Source of the DNA: Eledone cirrhosa
Lineage: Eukaryota
Direction of reading: 5' to 3'
Assembly (NCBI GenBank): GCA_964016885.1
Contig: OZ024743.1
Coordinates: forward strand, 21,700,001 to 21,764,000
Length of the DNA stretch: 64,000 nt
Below, in pieces: positions 10,613 through 23,700 of this stretch. The translations under genes and the position numbers were made by a program. Numbering within the stretch: the stretch's first letter is position 1; every line of letters starts with the position of its first letter. Below the pieces are notes generated by a model. That model had not been told where the DNA came from. It saw only the letters and a list, made by a program, of their open reading frames with translations, and ran no database searches.

Positions 10613-11189
10613 TTTATCTGTATGAGTGTCACGTAAGAGTAAATATTAACTCTCCAATATGAGAGTTGCATTATATAAAGCAACTAAAAACTTGTTGCAT
10701 TACAAGCTGTGCAGACCTATTTTATACTACCGTGATAAATTCTTTAGATTTTTTCTGTTAAAATTCCATTAGACTTAACTACATTGTGCTGTTACTAGAA
10801 ATCATTTTTATTGAGGTTAGAACGAAATAGAATCAATCGATTATACTCTACCTCAACCAAAACAAATTAGGGTAGGACAAAAGATCAATATTTTCCAGAT
10901 GATACAATCACTGATAATATCTATTGTGCATATGTGCCAAGTTGGTTATACTATAATATATTGAAAGACTAAACATTTTTCAGAGTCACAAAATAAATAA
11001 ATAAATAAATAGAATAAAATAAATAGAACAGATAGGTAAGACTTGTAAAATGAATGAATTATGTGAATTGAGAAGCTAATAAAATTTCAAAAATGAATCA
11101 GGCTACCTCTCCATTTCTGGAGGAAATATGCAAGAAAAATAACAAAAACAAAAATAGGTAAAAATGAAAAAAAAAAACAAAAAAAAAAC

Positions 11190-11583
11190 ATTATGAATAA
11201 TAATAATGAAATTATTGTGTACAGTGCTCAGGTGCACTAGAAATTATCAAAGGTGCATGTATAGTACATAGAATAATGTACAAATGCCAGGAAAGTGAAC
11301 AGTGTATGAGGCATGATATACATGTGTGCGTGTGTATGGAGGGGGAATATTAGGTGTAGTCTTGGCAAATTTCAGGAAGTATGGAGGTTTTAAAGGATGC
11401 ATTGTCTCGGCAGCTAACAACTGATGCAGGAAGTTTGTTCCATGCTTCAGCAACTCTGAGCGTGAAAAAATGTTTCCGAAAGTCATGGGAGCTGTGCTGC
11501 TTTCTGATTTTGTAGACATGCCGACGGGTATTAGATACATGTAATTCAAAAAGATGCTCAGGGTTGTTGTTGGCAATATGGTT
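11190..11583 (-). mobile_element. CR1-like LINE 3' fragment
   Basis: Reverse complement of 48100-48517, including (AAT)n tail. Confidence 0.88.
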
Positions 11584-11591
11584 ATATATAT

Positions 11592-11792
11592 ATGAAAAAG
11601 TTTGACCCCGACGGCAGGGCTCAAGCCGTTTTCGACGGCTATTTCTGGACTAAGTTAGAATTTAGTCCAGAAATAGCCGTCAAAACGGCTTGAGCTCTGC
11701 CGTCGGGGTCAAACTTTTTCCTATTACCCACTCTACTATTGAGTACTCTGGTGCGTTATGGTCCATCTGATTCCTTACCACACTTCCTTCGT
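11592..11792 (+). mobile_element. Family P element with 60-bp inverted repeat
   Basis: Arms 11594-11653 and 11662-11720 (1 mismatch, 1 indel), 8-nt loop; (TA)n on both sides. Confidence 0.8.
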
Positions 11793-11827
<35 letters not shown>

Positions 11828-11829
11828 GT

Positions 11830-12400
11830 ATAATAAGAAAAATGAGGGAAGAGCCACTGTAAAACTGGCCTCTCTTGTCAGGCATTGTGTCTGATGAGAG
11901 ACACACAAAAAGATGTAGTGAGATTACAGGCAGGTTAATGGAGAAGGTAGTCGTTGAATGTGGCAGATACACAGGAAAAATATGCACTAAATACATATGT
12001 GAAATATATTCTCTCAATTGCCCAGGCAGCTTTAAAGAGGTTTGTTGGCAGTTTTTGTTACTTAAGTGACCTAATTAGCAGTGGGAGATGGTGCTCAGGG
12101 AGTTAAGTAGCCAGAGGCTGGAAGAAATTTAAGGAGCCATCATCTTTACTGACAGCAAAGGGCTGAGTTGAGAGATAAGCTAGATACAGAAGGAAATCAA
12201 ATGTGGTGTGCAAGAGAAACATCTGCATTGGTACAGGCATGAGATATATATGGAGAATGTCAGACATATGAAGTGTTCAGTACTTGAAGTGCATGGAATC
12301 TGTGGAAGAGGGACACTAAGGAATACTCAATGTGAAGTGGTTGAAACTGACCTCAAGAAGCTAAACCTCACAAAAGAGATTATAAAGTGCTCGTGGCACT
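11830..12400 (+). mobile_element. Old, internally deleted RTE copy with PHD-finger remnant
   Basis: Translations ..KRCSEITGRL...ECGR.. and ..LHWYRH...GICGRG.. parallel the 500-2119 ORF. Confidence 0.7.
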
Positions 12401-13715
12401 ACTTTTAAAAAATTTACTCATACCAAGATATGCAATAAAACTGCTAAAATACAAGGGGTTACTGAAAAGGGAAAAGGACAAGACAGAGAGAACATAATTC
12501 AAGGAGAGAGATGATAATTAATGTTGCTTTTGAATTTTTGCAAATTGTAGTGGTCAGGAAAGCAAGATGCCATCAGAGAATTCCATATGTGAGATATGCA
12601 AGGGAAGAAACTATCAGAATATAATAAGATATATAGAATAAGTGCAAGTATGGCAAAATGGTTTCTGAAATAAAGATGCAGGTAATGGAGGTTGGGTTGT
12701 ATAATATACCATTAAGCCACTCACCTCCCTATTCCCTATCCTCTGTTATATTAACCCTTATGGTACTCATTACAACACTCTAATATTGTCTATCATTATC
12801 TTTATCACTCCTATTGCCATTAATACAACATCTCATCAGCAATCTCTTACCTCAACAGCAGATCTGGCCATAATTATATCATTCTTACTCTTCTTCCTTC
12901 ATAAGACTCTTCCTTGACATCTACCACTGTCACTTATCACCCATATTGGTTGATATCCATCACTTGTGTCCATATTGAATTCCATGACTCTACTATTAAC
13001 CATAATTTTCTCTCCCCAACGAGACTCTTAACTGACATCTATAAATCACACCCCTCAGTGCTATCCACTAATTTCTCTTACATTGACACATTCCTCATGC
13101 AGTTTTCTGCTCAACCATTTATCCACTACCAAGAATCAACATGTAGCTACCACTATCCATCTCTTACTATCCTATCACTATTTCTTCCTTCACAATCAAA
13201 ATCATACACTTTCCTCTTTTAACATCTAGCTATCCTCTTTGTCATATTTTCCTTAAAAGAATAGAGATTATGTGGAGTGGAGACTTTTCTTTTAGCCTTG
13301 CAGTGGACAAACCAACTACTGTAGTGTCTGTCCTATGATGAAATGCACCCAGTCAATAACCAATTCCACGTCAATAAATTGAGAAGCCTGTTTTAGGTAC
13401 TTTCAGATGTTGGAACATTACTCCATTATAAGTCTCTCCAGACATTTGAAGATGCTTAGTAGTTACTGGATCCGAAGTATTTTGACTCTTAACCCTATTA
13501 ACTCTTTCCTGGCCTTATTTCTAAAAAAAAAAAGCAGTTTCAGGCAGTTTGTTTACAGAAGGAATAATGAGATAAAATATCTAACCCAATCTTGTACATT
13601 CTTTTATATTTTTGCATTGCTTATAGCTAAGGCATGTGAGGTGACAGCTCAAATGTTGTGATTTATCAATTGAAACCCTTTGAACCCTGATCATATGAAA
13701 TTTTACAACAAGTCT

Positions 13716-13924
13716 TTAACCCTTTTGTGACCATATTTCTAACAGAATACTGTATTTTAATTGATTAATATAGGTTATGGAGGGATTTATTAAAACTAAT
13801 TATTTCACTATTAAGATGGTATTTATAACACAAAAGGGTTATTATATAAAATTATGTTAAAATGGGTAACTTTGTTTCATAGACCCAGAGGCAGTTTTGG
13901 GTAGGTTGATATCAAAAGGCTTAT
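13716..13924 (+). mobile_element. TTAA-type MITE, family B
   Basis: TTAACCCTTTTGTGACC...GATATCAAAAGGCTTA. Confidence 0.6.
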
Positions 13925-13972
13925 GGGCATATAGCAAATTTTAATATCAATTTTGATCTTGAATTCCTTCAC

Positions 13973-14201
13973 TTGACCCTTTAGCATTTAAACTGGCTGC
14001 ATCCAACCAGAATTCTCTCACCTCTTTCTGTTCAAACTGGCTGTAAATGGTTGCTCATACTTATGTTAAGGTATCGTTCTCAAAATAGATAACATCAAAA
14101 TCTCACAGATTCAATATTATGTGAGATAATTATATGAAGTCAAGCCTTTACTGTGAAAATACAATAGTAAATACAGAATATCGTAAATGCTAAAGGGTTG
14201 A
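13973..14201 (+). mobile_element. TTAA-type MITE, family A
   Basis: TIRs CCCTTTAGCATTTA / TAAATGCTAAAGGG. Confidence 0.88.
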
Positions 14202-16580
14202 ATGGCATGATATATATCCAAACTGAATACGTTTATTAATGGCAAATTTGTTGATAAACTATATATCAGGTGTTTAAATGACAATAAAGTAAGTTTAGAA
14301 GGTTACTGCTGGTCAAATCTTTAAAGTACTGAACTACTAACTGTATCCAGTTATTTATGCTGTCATAAACAACTCTACTTAGCTCATTCTAAATAGATGT
14401 CATAAATAATTACAGCAGACATCTAAAGACAGTGGCAACATTGTTTTAAAATGATAGATATAGCAATTTTTTTATAGCTTAGACATATGTGATCTTAATA
14501 ATGAAATAATAAATAATTTTAGCATTCAATATGTTTAATTAAAAACATGATAACAAACAAACAAAAAACACATTGGCCAGTTTATTTAGTTTAAAACTGT
14601 GTTTGAAATATGGATGAGATGATTACAATTTGAATGCTTTTGATTATAGGTTTTCTTAAACAAGAATGACTTGTGGAACCCATCCCTATCAAGTTCAGAA
14701 CACAGACAATTTCTTCCAGAGAGAAAATGATAAAGTGATATAAAGAATGAATCGATCCAGTATTGATCTGGTAATTTATCAGCATCGAGATGATGAAAGT
14801 CAAAGTTAACCTCAGCGTGATTTGAAATCAGAGCTCAGGGGGCTGAATAAATACTGAGGAAGTTTTGACACATGGGTCATTCCTAATATTTCAGCCGATT
14901 GTCTGCAATTCAGACATGACCATGAGCTACATAACATATACAGAAACACTCACACAAAATTACCATCTCTACAGCTATCATAGCATCACTACAAGAACCA
15001 TGCACTATGAGACAACAAAGAACCTTCTATGTGACCTCTTAACTTGCTAGAAATAGCAACCAAATCCCTCATTTCTCTCCCTACCATTTTAAATAGAAAA
15101 AGATTGGTTGATTGTAAGAGGAATGTCTTTAATTATTGATTCGATCCAGTGTTAAAAAAATATCATTTAAGTATTTTATCTTTCTGTTGAAAGATTTACT
15201 GTACAGTTGATCCTGATTGTGGGGATGTCAAAGTTTGTAGCAAGATCTAAGTCAATTGAATCATTTCAGCAATGTTGTTTAACATCAGTTTTCTTTGCTA
15301 GCAAGAGTTGGACATATTGTCACAGATTGCTTGGTATTAAAGTAGAGTCTCTGATCTCCAAGTGAGTACATTTTATTGTGATATCAACAATAGGGAAATT
15401 ATCATGTCTATGGTACAGCTGAAGAGTCCTCCTGACCCTTTGTTTGGCAAACAATAATAGTATACTTTTTCTCTTCTGTCATTTACAAACACAGAATTAT
15501 TTCGGAGGAGGAGGAGTTTTACATTATAAATTTTATGAGCCGTGGAAAGCTGCTGGGAACCCTGGCATTGCTCCAACTAGCTCTGGCTTATCAATAATCA
15601 TGGTGGTGATGATTGTAGTGGTGGTAGTGATGGTGCAGCTACCATGATCGGATGGAAGTGGCAATGGTGACAAAATCAATGCAGTAGTGATTAAAATATA
15701 TCTATGTCTCCTACCTTCACAGCAGGAGAAGTGGTGTAGGACAATGGTTTAAAAATACTTATAATTAATTAATTCAATTTCTGAGAGACAATATGTCTAG
15801 CTGAAAGCAGATATCAAAGCCAGAAATTTTATCTTCCTGATAAAAGTATGTTCCACTTCATTATTCTATCCACGTAATATGATTCTAATATAAAAGCAGA
15901 GGAGTACAAGCCAGAAAATACATCGGGGTATAAAACAAGATATGCAAAGAAATCCATCCCCTCTCCCACCAACTATATCATGGTAATGTCTGAGGAATTG
16001 CATCAAATGTACTTATATCTGACATCCTATCATCACCAATTGCTCATTTTTTCCCCAAAGGCTTCTTTTTATTGATATTTCCACCCCTTTCTTCTCTCTA
16101 GCATTATTACTATCTATCGTTTGCTCTCTGTATCTCTCACCAGCAAACAGCCACCATATTACTTTCAAGTCTATTATCATAGTAAAATACTACTGTCACT
16201 TCTATTACTCTCCCCAGCACTATTGCTCTTCTCTTACTCCTTTTTATACTATTTCTCCTACATCCTATCATCATCAATATCAATGCCTGTGTCTTTTTCA
16301 AAGACCTCTTTTTATTGACATCTCTCCTCTATTCATCCCTCCTGTCTTTTTCTCTCTCTTCAACACTATTACTATCTATCACTTGCTCTCTCTTTGTAGC
16401 AAACAGCTACTATTAATAGCACTTCCACTACTCCCTTCAACAATACCTCTCTTCTATTACTCCTCTCTGTACTGTTTCTCCCATCATACTCTCGTTTCCT
16501 TCTTTCATTACTCCATACAATTTTCATCTCTTTTCCATTACATTCTGCAACACTGCTGCCCTCCTATTATCTCCTTCTGT

Positions 16581-16774
16581 GAGGGTAGGTGGATTGGCAG
16601 TATCGGTAGAGGGTCGGACACCATGCTTTGCAGCACAGTTACGTCCCTTTACGGACTGAGTTCAAATCCCGCCGAGGTTAACTTTCCCTTTCATTCTTAC
16701 GGGGTCGTTAAAATAAAGTACCAGTAATACACTGGGATAATTGCTGGCTTTGTGCCTAAAGTAGAAACAATTAT
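16581..16774 (+). mobile_element. Full-length tRNA-derived SINE
   Basis: A box TGGCAGTATCGG, B box GAGTTCAAATCC, central GCCGAGGTTAACTTT.CCTTTCAT..GGGGTCG.TAAAATAAAGTACCAG, tail GTAGAAACAATTAT. Confidence 0.88.
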
Positions 16775-16971
16775 CTCCCTTCTGTCATTCCTCACCCCAA
16801 CACTCTTATCTATCATACTTTCATACCCTTCAATTACTCACACTGATTCTTTTGTAATTGCTCTCTCCTTTTCTCTCTTTTATTCACCCTCTTGATCATA
16901 TTATCTTGAACAAAGAGAGACACTTTAGAGTAGAAAATAATCTATAGTTGTGCTTGATAGAAAGCAACCTC

Positions 16972-17544
16972 ATCAGTGCTTGTGCCACAAAAAATACACC
17001 CAGTACACTCTGTAACATGGTTAGTAATCAAACAGAGACACTGTAGGGTTGAGAGGATCCTTTAGTACTGTCAAGGTCATACAAACCACTCAAGTGCTTG
17101 TGCAACAATAAAATACACTTTATAAAGCGGTTGGTCTTAGGAAGGTCATCTAGCTGTAGAACTCATGCCAAAATGGAACGTACAAGTTGAGACAAGATGG
17201 GTTGGAGCAACCAATTTTGCTCATTAATTTCCATATTTGGCCTGGTTTCTATGGCTGGATGTATTTACTAATACTAAACACCATACAATTTGTATTGGGT
17301 GTTTTTTTGTTGCATCAGCACAGGTGGGTTTTTCATAACACCAGTATTATCATTTTATAGAGTGGACTGGGTACATTTTGTCATGGTACCAACACTAACT
17401 CATTACAGAGTGTAGTAGGTGTATTTTATTGTGGAAGCAGCATTTGAGAGGTTGTCATATTCTAGACCAGATTGGAGTGTCCTTTTCAATCCTCTGTTCA
17501 ATTTCGATTGACAACCCATGCTACCTTGGAAGATAGACGTTAAT

Positions 17545-17572
<28 letters not shown>
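16972..17572. mobile_element. Cluster of RTE-tail SINE fragments in both orientations, ending in (TGA)n
   Basis: GGTTGGTCTTAGGAAGG..ATC.AGCTGTAGAA and reverse-complement modules; ACCCATGCTA..GGAAGATAGACGT(TGA)n. Confidence 0.6.
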
Positions 17573-17574
<2 letters not shown>

Positions 17575-17575
<1 letters not shown>

Positions 17576-18817
17576 AATGGAGCAAGCAATGGCAATCAGG
17601 TATCATAATCCCAATTTTCAAAAACGAAGTCAAGAGAAATTGCTCCAATTATCGAGGGATTTCCTCATTAAACCTCTCTGAAGAAGTCTATGCTATGTGT
17701 CTGGCAAAGAGATGTAGGGATATCGTTGAGTCCAAGCTAGCAAACAAATAGAGTAGTTTTCACTCCGGATGCAGCACAGTCAACAAACTATTACCACTGC
17801 ACCAAGTCTTTGAGATATCACGGGAGTACTGACAAGAGGTGTATTCTTGCATTGTAGATGTCGAAAAGGCATATGACCATGTGCCATGGGACCTGCTGTG
17901 GAAAGTTCTGCAAGAGTATGGGATTGATGGACAGCTTCTTGTTGCCCTGAAGTCTTTATATGAATGCCCTAATATTTGTGTTTGGATAAATGGTTCTCAG
18001 CTGAAACCATTCGTTGCAGGTGTCAGTCTATGCTAAGGTCTATGCTAAGGGTGCCTAGCATAATCTTTATGGACAGGATTGACATGCGCAGCTGTGTTAG
18101 AAGTGATATCAAGACTGGTGCATGTAGGATCAGTTGACTGAAATTTGCAGATGACATAGTTCTACTTAACTTGTCAGGTGATCTCCAACATGCACTTGAT
18201 GAGTGTGCTGCTGAGTGCAGCATGATTTGAATGAAAATCTTCCTTGCAAGGAAGCCTGTGCAGTATACTGTACAGGAGAGTGGAGTTCCACTGAAGCAGG
18301 TGGAGAAGTTCAAGTATCTCAGGGCCATGATCATGGAAGGCAGGAGGCTAAATTAAATGCAAGAATTGTAAGAGCTGGTGCAGGAATGCACCATCTTCAG
18401 CATTCAGTCATCAGAAGAAGGGAGGTAAGTGTAAAAGCCAAACTTGCTATTTTCTATTGGGTATTTGTGCATACCCATATCTGTGGTCATGAATTTTGGG
18501 TAATGGATAAAAGAATACCATCACAAATACAAGTGGCCAAAATGGGGTTCCTCGAAATGGTGTTTGGAGTAATGTTATTCAATAGAGTGCCTAACTCGGA
18601 GATCAGAGAGTTGCTCCAAATTGTAGAACCGCTACTTCTCTAAATAGAGAGATCAGAGCTCCAATATTACGGATATGTGGTTAGAATGTTTCAGGAAAGA
18701 ATCACTGGACAGATTTTCTGAGCAAAACCAGCCATCAGGAGACCCGGGGTGGTCTTGCTTGGGGTTCCAGCCAGATCAATTATAGATGTTTGTTTCTGAC
18801 AGGAACTGCTGGAAGGA
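17575..18817 (+). pseudogene. Degraded RT of a second RTE-type LINE family
   Basis: Frameshifted motifs WQSGIIIPIFK, CSNYRGIS, VDVEKAYDHV, KFADD, KFKYL, YYGYVVRM. Confidence 0.85.
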
Positions 18818-19026
18818 TGGCAGTAGTCATAATGTTAATGATGATGATGATGATGATGATATTACATGATGCTTGTGATATAGTGAGAAGCATCAAATAG
18901 TATCATCATCATCATAGTCATCAACAATTGGGTTATATTTTCTAATACTTCAGTTTCATTAAACTCTGGACTGAAACAGTTTACAGCCTCAGTCAATTTC
19001 TCTTTTGAAAATCTCGTGTGAATATT

Positions 19027-19435
19027 AATTCTGACCTCTTATTACTTGTCATCAACTGGCACCACCACCACGACCACCACCACAACCATCACCACCATCA
19101 CTGCCACTAACCTAACACCCTTAGCACCACCACAACCTCGAGCACCATCATCATCATCACTACCATCACCACCACCATCACTTACACTACCACCAGCATC
19201 ACCACTACCACCATCATCATCACTACCACTATCATCAAGATTACCACCATCACTACCATCATCACTACCACCATCACCACCATTACTACTATCACTGCCA
19301 CCACTATCATCATCCTCACCAAACCACCATCCTCACCATCACCATGATCCTATTTACCACTCTACCATTATCACCACCACTATTATTTCTATAGTAAATG
19401 TAAAGAATGGTGATGAGAGATTGTCACCACCATCA
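19027..19435. repeat. Degenerate (CAC/CAT)n trinucleotide tract
   Basis: Directly visible; accounts for the low-complexity ORF 19046-19438. Confidence 0.9.
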
Positions 19436-19979
19436 TAATTTTAATGACATTCCTTGTAACTTCTTTTCCCTGCAACATAGTCTGCTGTATAAGGAGGATC
19501 CCACACTTTTTTACTTATAACACAGTAGGTGTTTGACAAGAGCTTTGTTGTAAATGTTAATTACATGAGAAGGCCTAGCAATTTTCAATAGAGAAGAGAC
19601 ATAGCCAAGTAAAATGATCCCAGTATATCCTTAGCATTTAGCATATCAGTTATGGACAGTGTGAGATTTAGGACAAATGAGCTCCTGTGCTAGATAAGTA
19701 GAGGCCACTTACTCATAAAAAATTCATTGTAAAAAATATTTTTGGCAGGAAGATGGGCTTCCCCACCCTGGCCAATGGGGCCATATGCTTAAATACACCT
19801 AAGCAAAATGGTAAATCTGGCAAGGGTTATGGAAAGGATGAAAAGCTAAAGCTGACCCTAATAGAATTTGAAATCACACCCCAGAAATACGAAATTGAGC
19901 ACTGTAATGCATTTAGTCTGGTACTGTATCATGTGTCTCTTGGATATCTTCATTAAATATCTAGATTTTTTTATATTAT

Positions 19980-20295
19980 CACTAGTGCCACTACTAAAAG
20001 AACCCATCCCACCCTGTAAGGTGGTAGTGCTGGTGTGACAACAAAAAGTACATAGCTGATCCTGTAAGGTGGTCATATTAGTGCCATAACAAAATTCACC
20101 TTATTTACTCTGAAAGGTGTTAGTGCTAGTACCATGAAAAAAAGCAGTACCTGCTGTATTGTGACTGGCATTACGAAGGGCATCCAGCCATAGAAAACCA
20201 AGCCAAAATCAAATTGTTTGAGCTCATAATATGACAGCCTATCTCACTCATGCAAGCATGGAAAATAAACCTTAAACAGTCATGATGACGATGAT
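19980..20295 (+). mobile_element. RTE-tail SINE with ~4 reiterated ~48-bp modules
   Basis: Repeated TAGTGCCA..AAAA..CTGTAAGGTGG, then GAAGGGCATCCAGCC..CATGCAAGCATGGAAA(TGA)n. Confidence 0.65.
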
Positions 20296-20713
20296 GGTAG
20301 AAAATTGGAAGTTTTTAAAATCAAGTCATGCTAAATATTTATTTAATTAACATCTATAGAGAAAAAAAAGCAGCTATTATTTGCAAGTAATTTTGATCAC
20401 AGAATGGTTACTGTATTCTCATCATCAATACTACCCCTTCTATAGGATCATTGAGCTAATAGAAACAATAGCTACATCCCATCAAATCTTTACAAGAAAT
20501 ACGCATTGTATAATATAGTCAGTCCTAGACATACAAGCTGGGATGGTCAAGACTAGAATGACTTTGATCATAGGTCTACTTGGTCAGATCTGACCAAGGG
20601 CTAAACTAGAGGAAACTAGCAGGAGAGTATATTTCATTGATCAAAATTCTAGAACTTGCAGCCAAATCACACCTACTTTCTATAAAAATAACAAAACAAT
20701 TGGATACATTATA

Positions 20714-23700
20714 TAATATAGTCATAGAATAGCCGAAGGTGGCAGATTAGCAGAGTAATAGTATAGTCATAGATCTACTATAGCCGAAGGTGGCAAATTA
20801 GCAAAGTAATAGTATAGTCATAGATCTACTATAGCTGAAGGTGGCAGATTAGCAGAGTAATAGTATAGTCATAGATCTACTATAGCTGAAGGTGGCAGAT
20901 TAGCAGAGTAATAGTATAGTCATAGATCTACTATAGCTAAAGGTGGCAGACTGGCAGAGTAATAGTATAGTCATAGATCTACTATAGCTGAAGGTGGCAG
21001 ACTGGCAGAGTAATAGTATAGCCATAGATCTATTATAGCTAAAGGTGGCAGATTAGCAGAGTAATAGTATAGTCATAGATCTACTATAGCTGAAGGTGGC
21101 AGATTAGCAGAGTAATAGTATAGTCATAGATCTACTATAGCTGAAGGTGGCAGATTAGCAGAGTAATAGTATAGTCATAGATCTACTATAGCTGAAGGTG
21201 GCAGACTGGCAGAGTAATAGTATAGTCATAGATCTACTATAGCTGAAGGTGGCAGACTGGCAGAGTAATAGTATAGCCATAGATCTACTATAGCTGAAAG
21301 TGGCAGATTAGCAGAGTAATAGTATAGTCATAGATCTACTATAGCTGAAGCTGGCAGATTAGAAGAGTAATAGTATAGTCATAGATCTACTATAGCTGAA
21401 GGTGGCAGACTGGCAGAGTAATAGTATAGTCATAGATCTACTATAGCTGAAAGTGGCAGACTGGCAGAGTAATAGTATAGTCATAGATCTACTATAGCTG
21501 AAGGTGGCAGATTAGCAGAGTAATAGTATAGTCATAGATCTACTATAGCTGAAGGTGGCAGACTGGCAGAGTAATAGTATAGTCATAGATCTACTATAGC
21601 TGAAGCTGGCAGATTAGAAGAGTAATAGTATAGTCATAGATCTACTATAGCTGAAGGTGGCAGACTGGCAGAGTAATAGTATAGTCATAGATCTACTATA
21701 GCTGAAAGTGGCAGACTGGCAGAGTAATAGTATAGTCATAGATCTACTATAGCTGAAGGTGGCAGATTAGCAGAGTAATAGTATAGTCATAGATCTACTA
21801 TAGCTGAAGGTGGCAGACTGGCAGAGTAATAGTATAGTCATAGATCTACTATAGTTGAAAGTGGCAGACTGGCAGAGTAATAGTATAGTCATAGATCTAC
21901 TATAGCTGAAGGTGACAGACTGGCAGAGTAATAGTATAGTCATAGATCTACTATAGCTGAAGGTGGCAGACTGGCAGAGTAATAGTATAGTCATAGATCT
22001 ACTATAGCTGAAGGTGGCAGACTGGCAGAGTAATAGTATAGCCATAGATCTACTATAGCTGAAAGTGGCAGATTAGCAGAGTAATAGTATAGTCATAGAT
22101 CTACTATAGCTGAAGGTGGCAGACTGGCAGAGTAATAGTATAGTCATAGATCTACTATAGCTGAAGGTGGCAGACTGGCAGAGTAATAGTATAGTCATAG
22201 ATCTACTATAGTTGAAGGTGGCAGACTGGCAGAGTAATAGTATAGTCATAGATCTACTATAGCTGTAGGTGGCAGACTGGCAGAGTAATAGTATAGTCAT
22301 AGATCTACTATAGCTGAAGGTGGCAGATTAGCAGAGTAATAGTATAGTCATAGATCTACTATAGCTGAAGGTGGCAGATTAGCAGAGTAATAGTATAGTC
22401 ATAGATCTACTATAGCTGAAGGTGGCAGACTGGCAGAGTAATAGTATAGTCATAGATCTACTATAGCTGAAGGTGGCAGACTGGCAGAGTAATAGTATAG
22501 CCATAGATCTACTATAGCTGAAAGTGGCAGATTAGCAGAGTAATAGTATAGTCATAGATCTACTATAGCTGAAGGTGGCAGATTAGCAGAGTAATAGTAT
22601 AGTCATAGATCTACTATAGCTGAAGGTGGCAGATTAGCAGAGTAATAGTATAGTCATAGATCTACTATAGTTGAAAGTGGCAGACTGGCAGAGTAATAGT
22701 ATAGTCATAGATCTACTATAGCTGAAGGTGACAGACTGGCAGAGTAATAGTATAGTCATAGATCTACTATAGCTGAAGGTGGCAGACTGGCAGAGTAATA
22801 GTATAGTCATAGATCTACTATAGCTGAAGGTGGCAGACTGGCAGAGTAATAGTATAGCCATAGATCTACTATAGCTGAAAGTGGCAGATTAGCAGAGTAA
22901 TAGTATAGTCATAGATCTACTATAGCTGAAGGTGGCAGACTGGCAGAGTAATAGTATAGTCATAGATCTACTATAGCTGAAGGTGGCAGACTGGCAGAGT
23001 AATAGTATAGTCATAGATCTACTATAGTTGAAGGTGGCAGACTGGCAGAGTAATAGTATAGTCATAGATCTACTATAGCTGTAGGTGGCAGACTGGCAGA
23101 GTAATAGTATAGTCATAGATCTACTATAGCTGAAGGTGGCAGATTAGCAGAGTAATAGTATAGTCATAGATCTACTATAGCTGAAGGTGGCAGATTAGCA
23201 GAGTAATAGTATAGTCATAGATCTACTATAGCTGAAGGTGGCAGACTGGCAGAGTAATAGTATAGTCATAGATCTACTATAGCTGAAGGTGGCAGACTGG
23301 CAGAGTAATAGTATAGCCATAGATCTACTATAGCTGAAAGTGGCAGATTAGCAGAGTAATAGTATAGTCATAGATCTACTATAGCTGAAGGTGGCAGATT
23401 AGCAGAGTAATAGTATAGTCATAGATCTACTATAGCTGAAGGTGGCAGACTGGCAGAGTAATAGTATAGTCATAGATCTACTATAGCTGAAAGTGGCAGA
23501 CTGGCAGAGTAATAGTATAGTCATAGATCTACTATAGCTGAAGGTGGCAGACTGGCAGAGTAATAGTATAGTCATAGATCTACTATAGCTGAAGGTGGCA
23601 GACTGGCAGAGTAATAGTATAGTTATAGATCTACTAGAGCAGAAGGTGGCAGACTGGCAGAGTAATAGTATAGTCATAGATCTACTATAGCTGAAGCTGG

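Noticed and set aside
19046-19438. Pro/Ser/Thr-rich 130-aa ORF
   Set aside because: Degenerate trinucleotide repeat with non-ATG start.
20770-20825. Satellite monomer as a hammerhead (CTGAAGG..GTC)
   Set aside because: Core is CUGAAGG rather than CUGANGA, GAAA is absent, and helices I and III do not pair in register.
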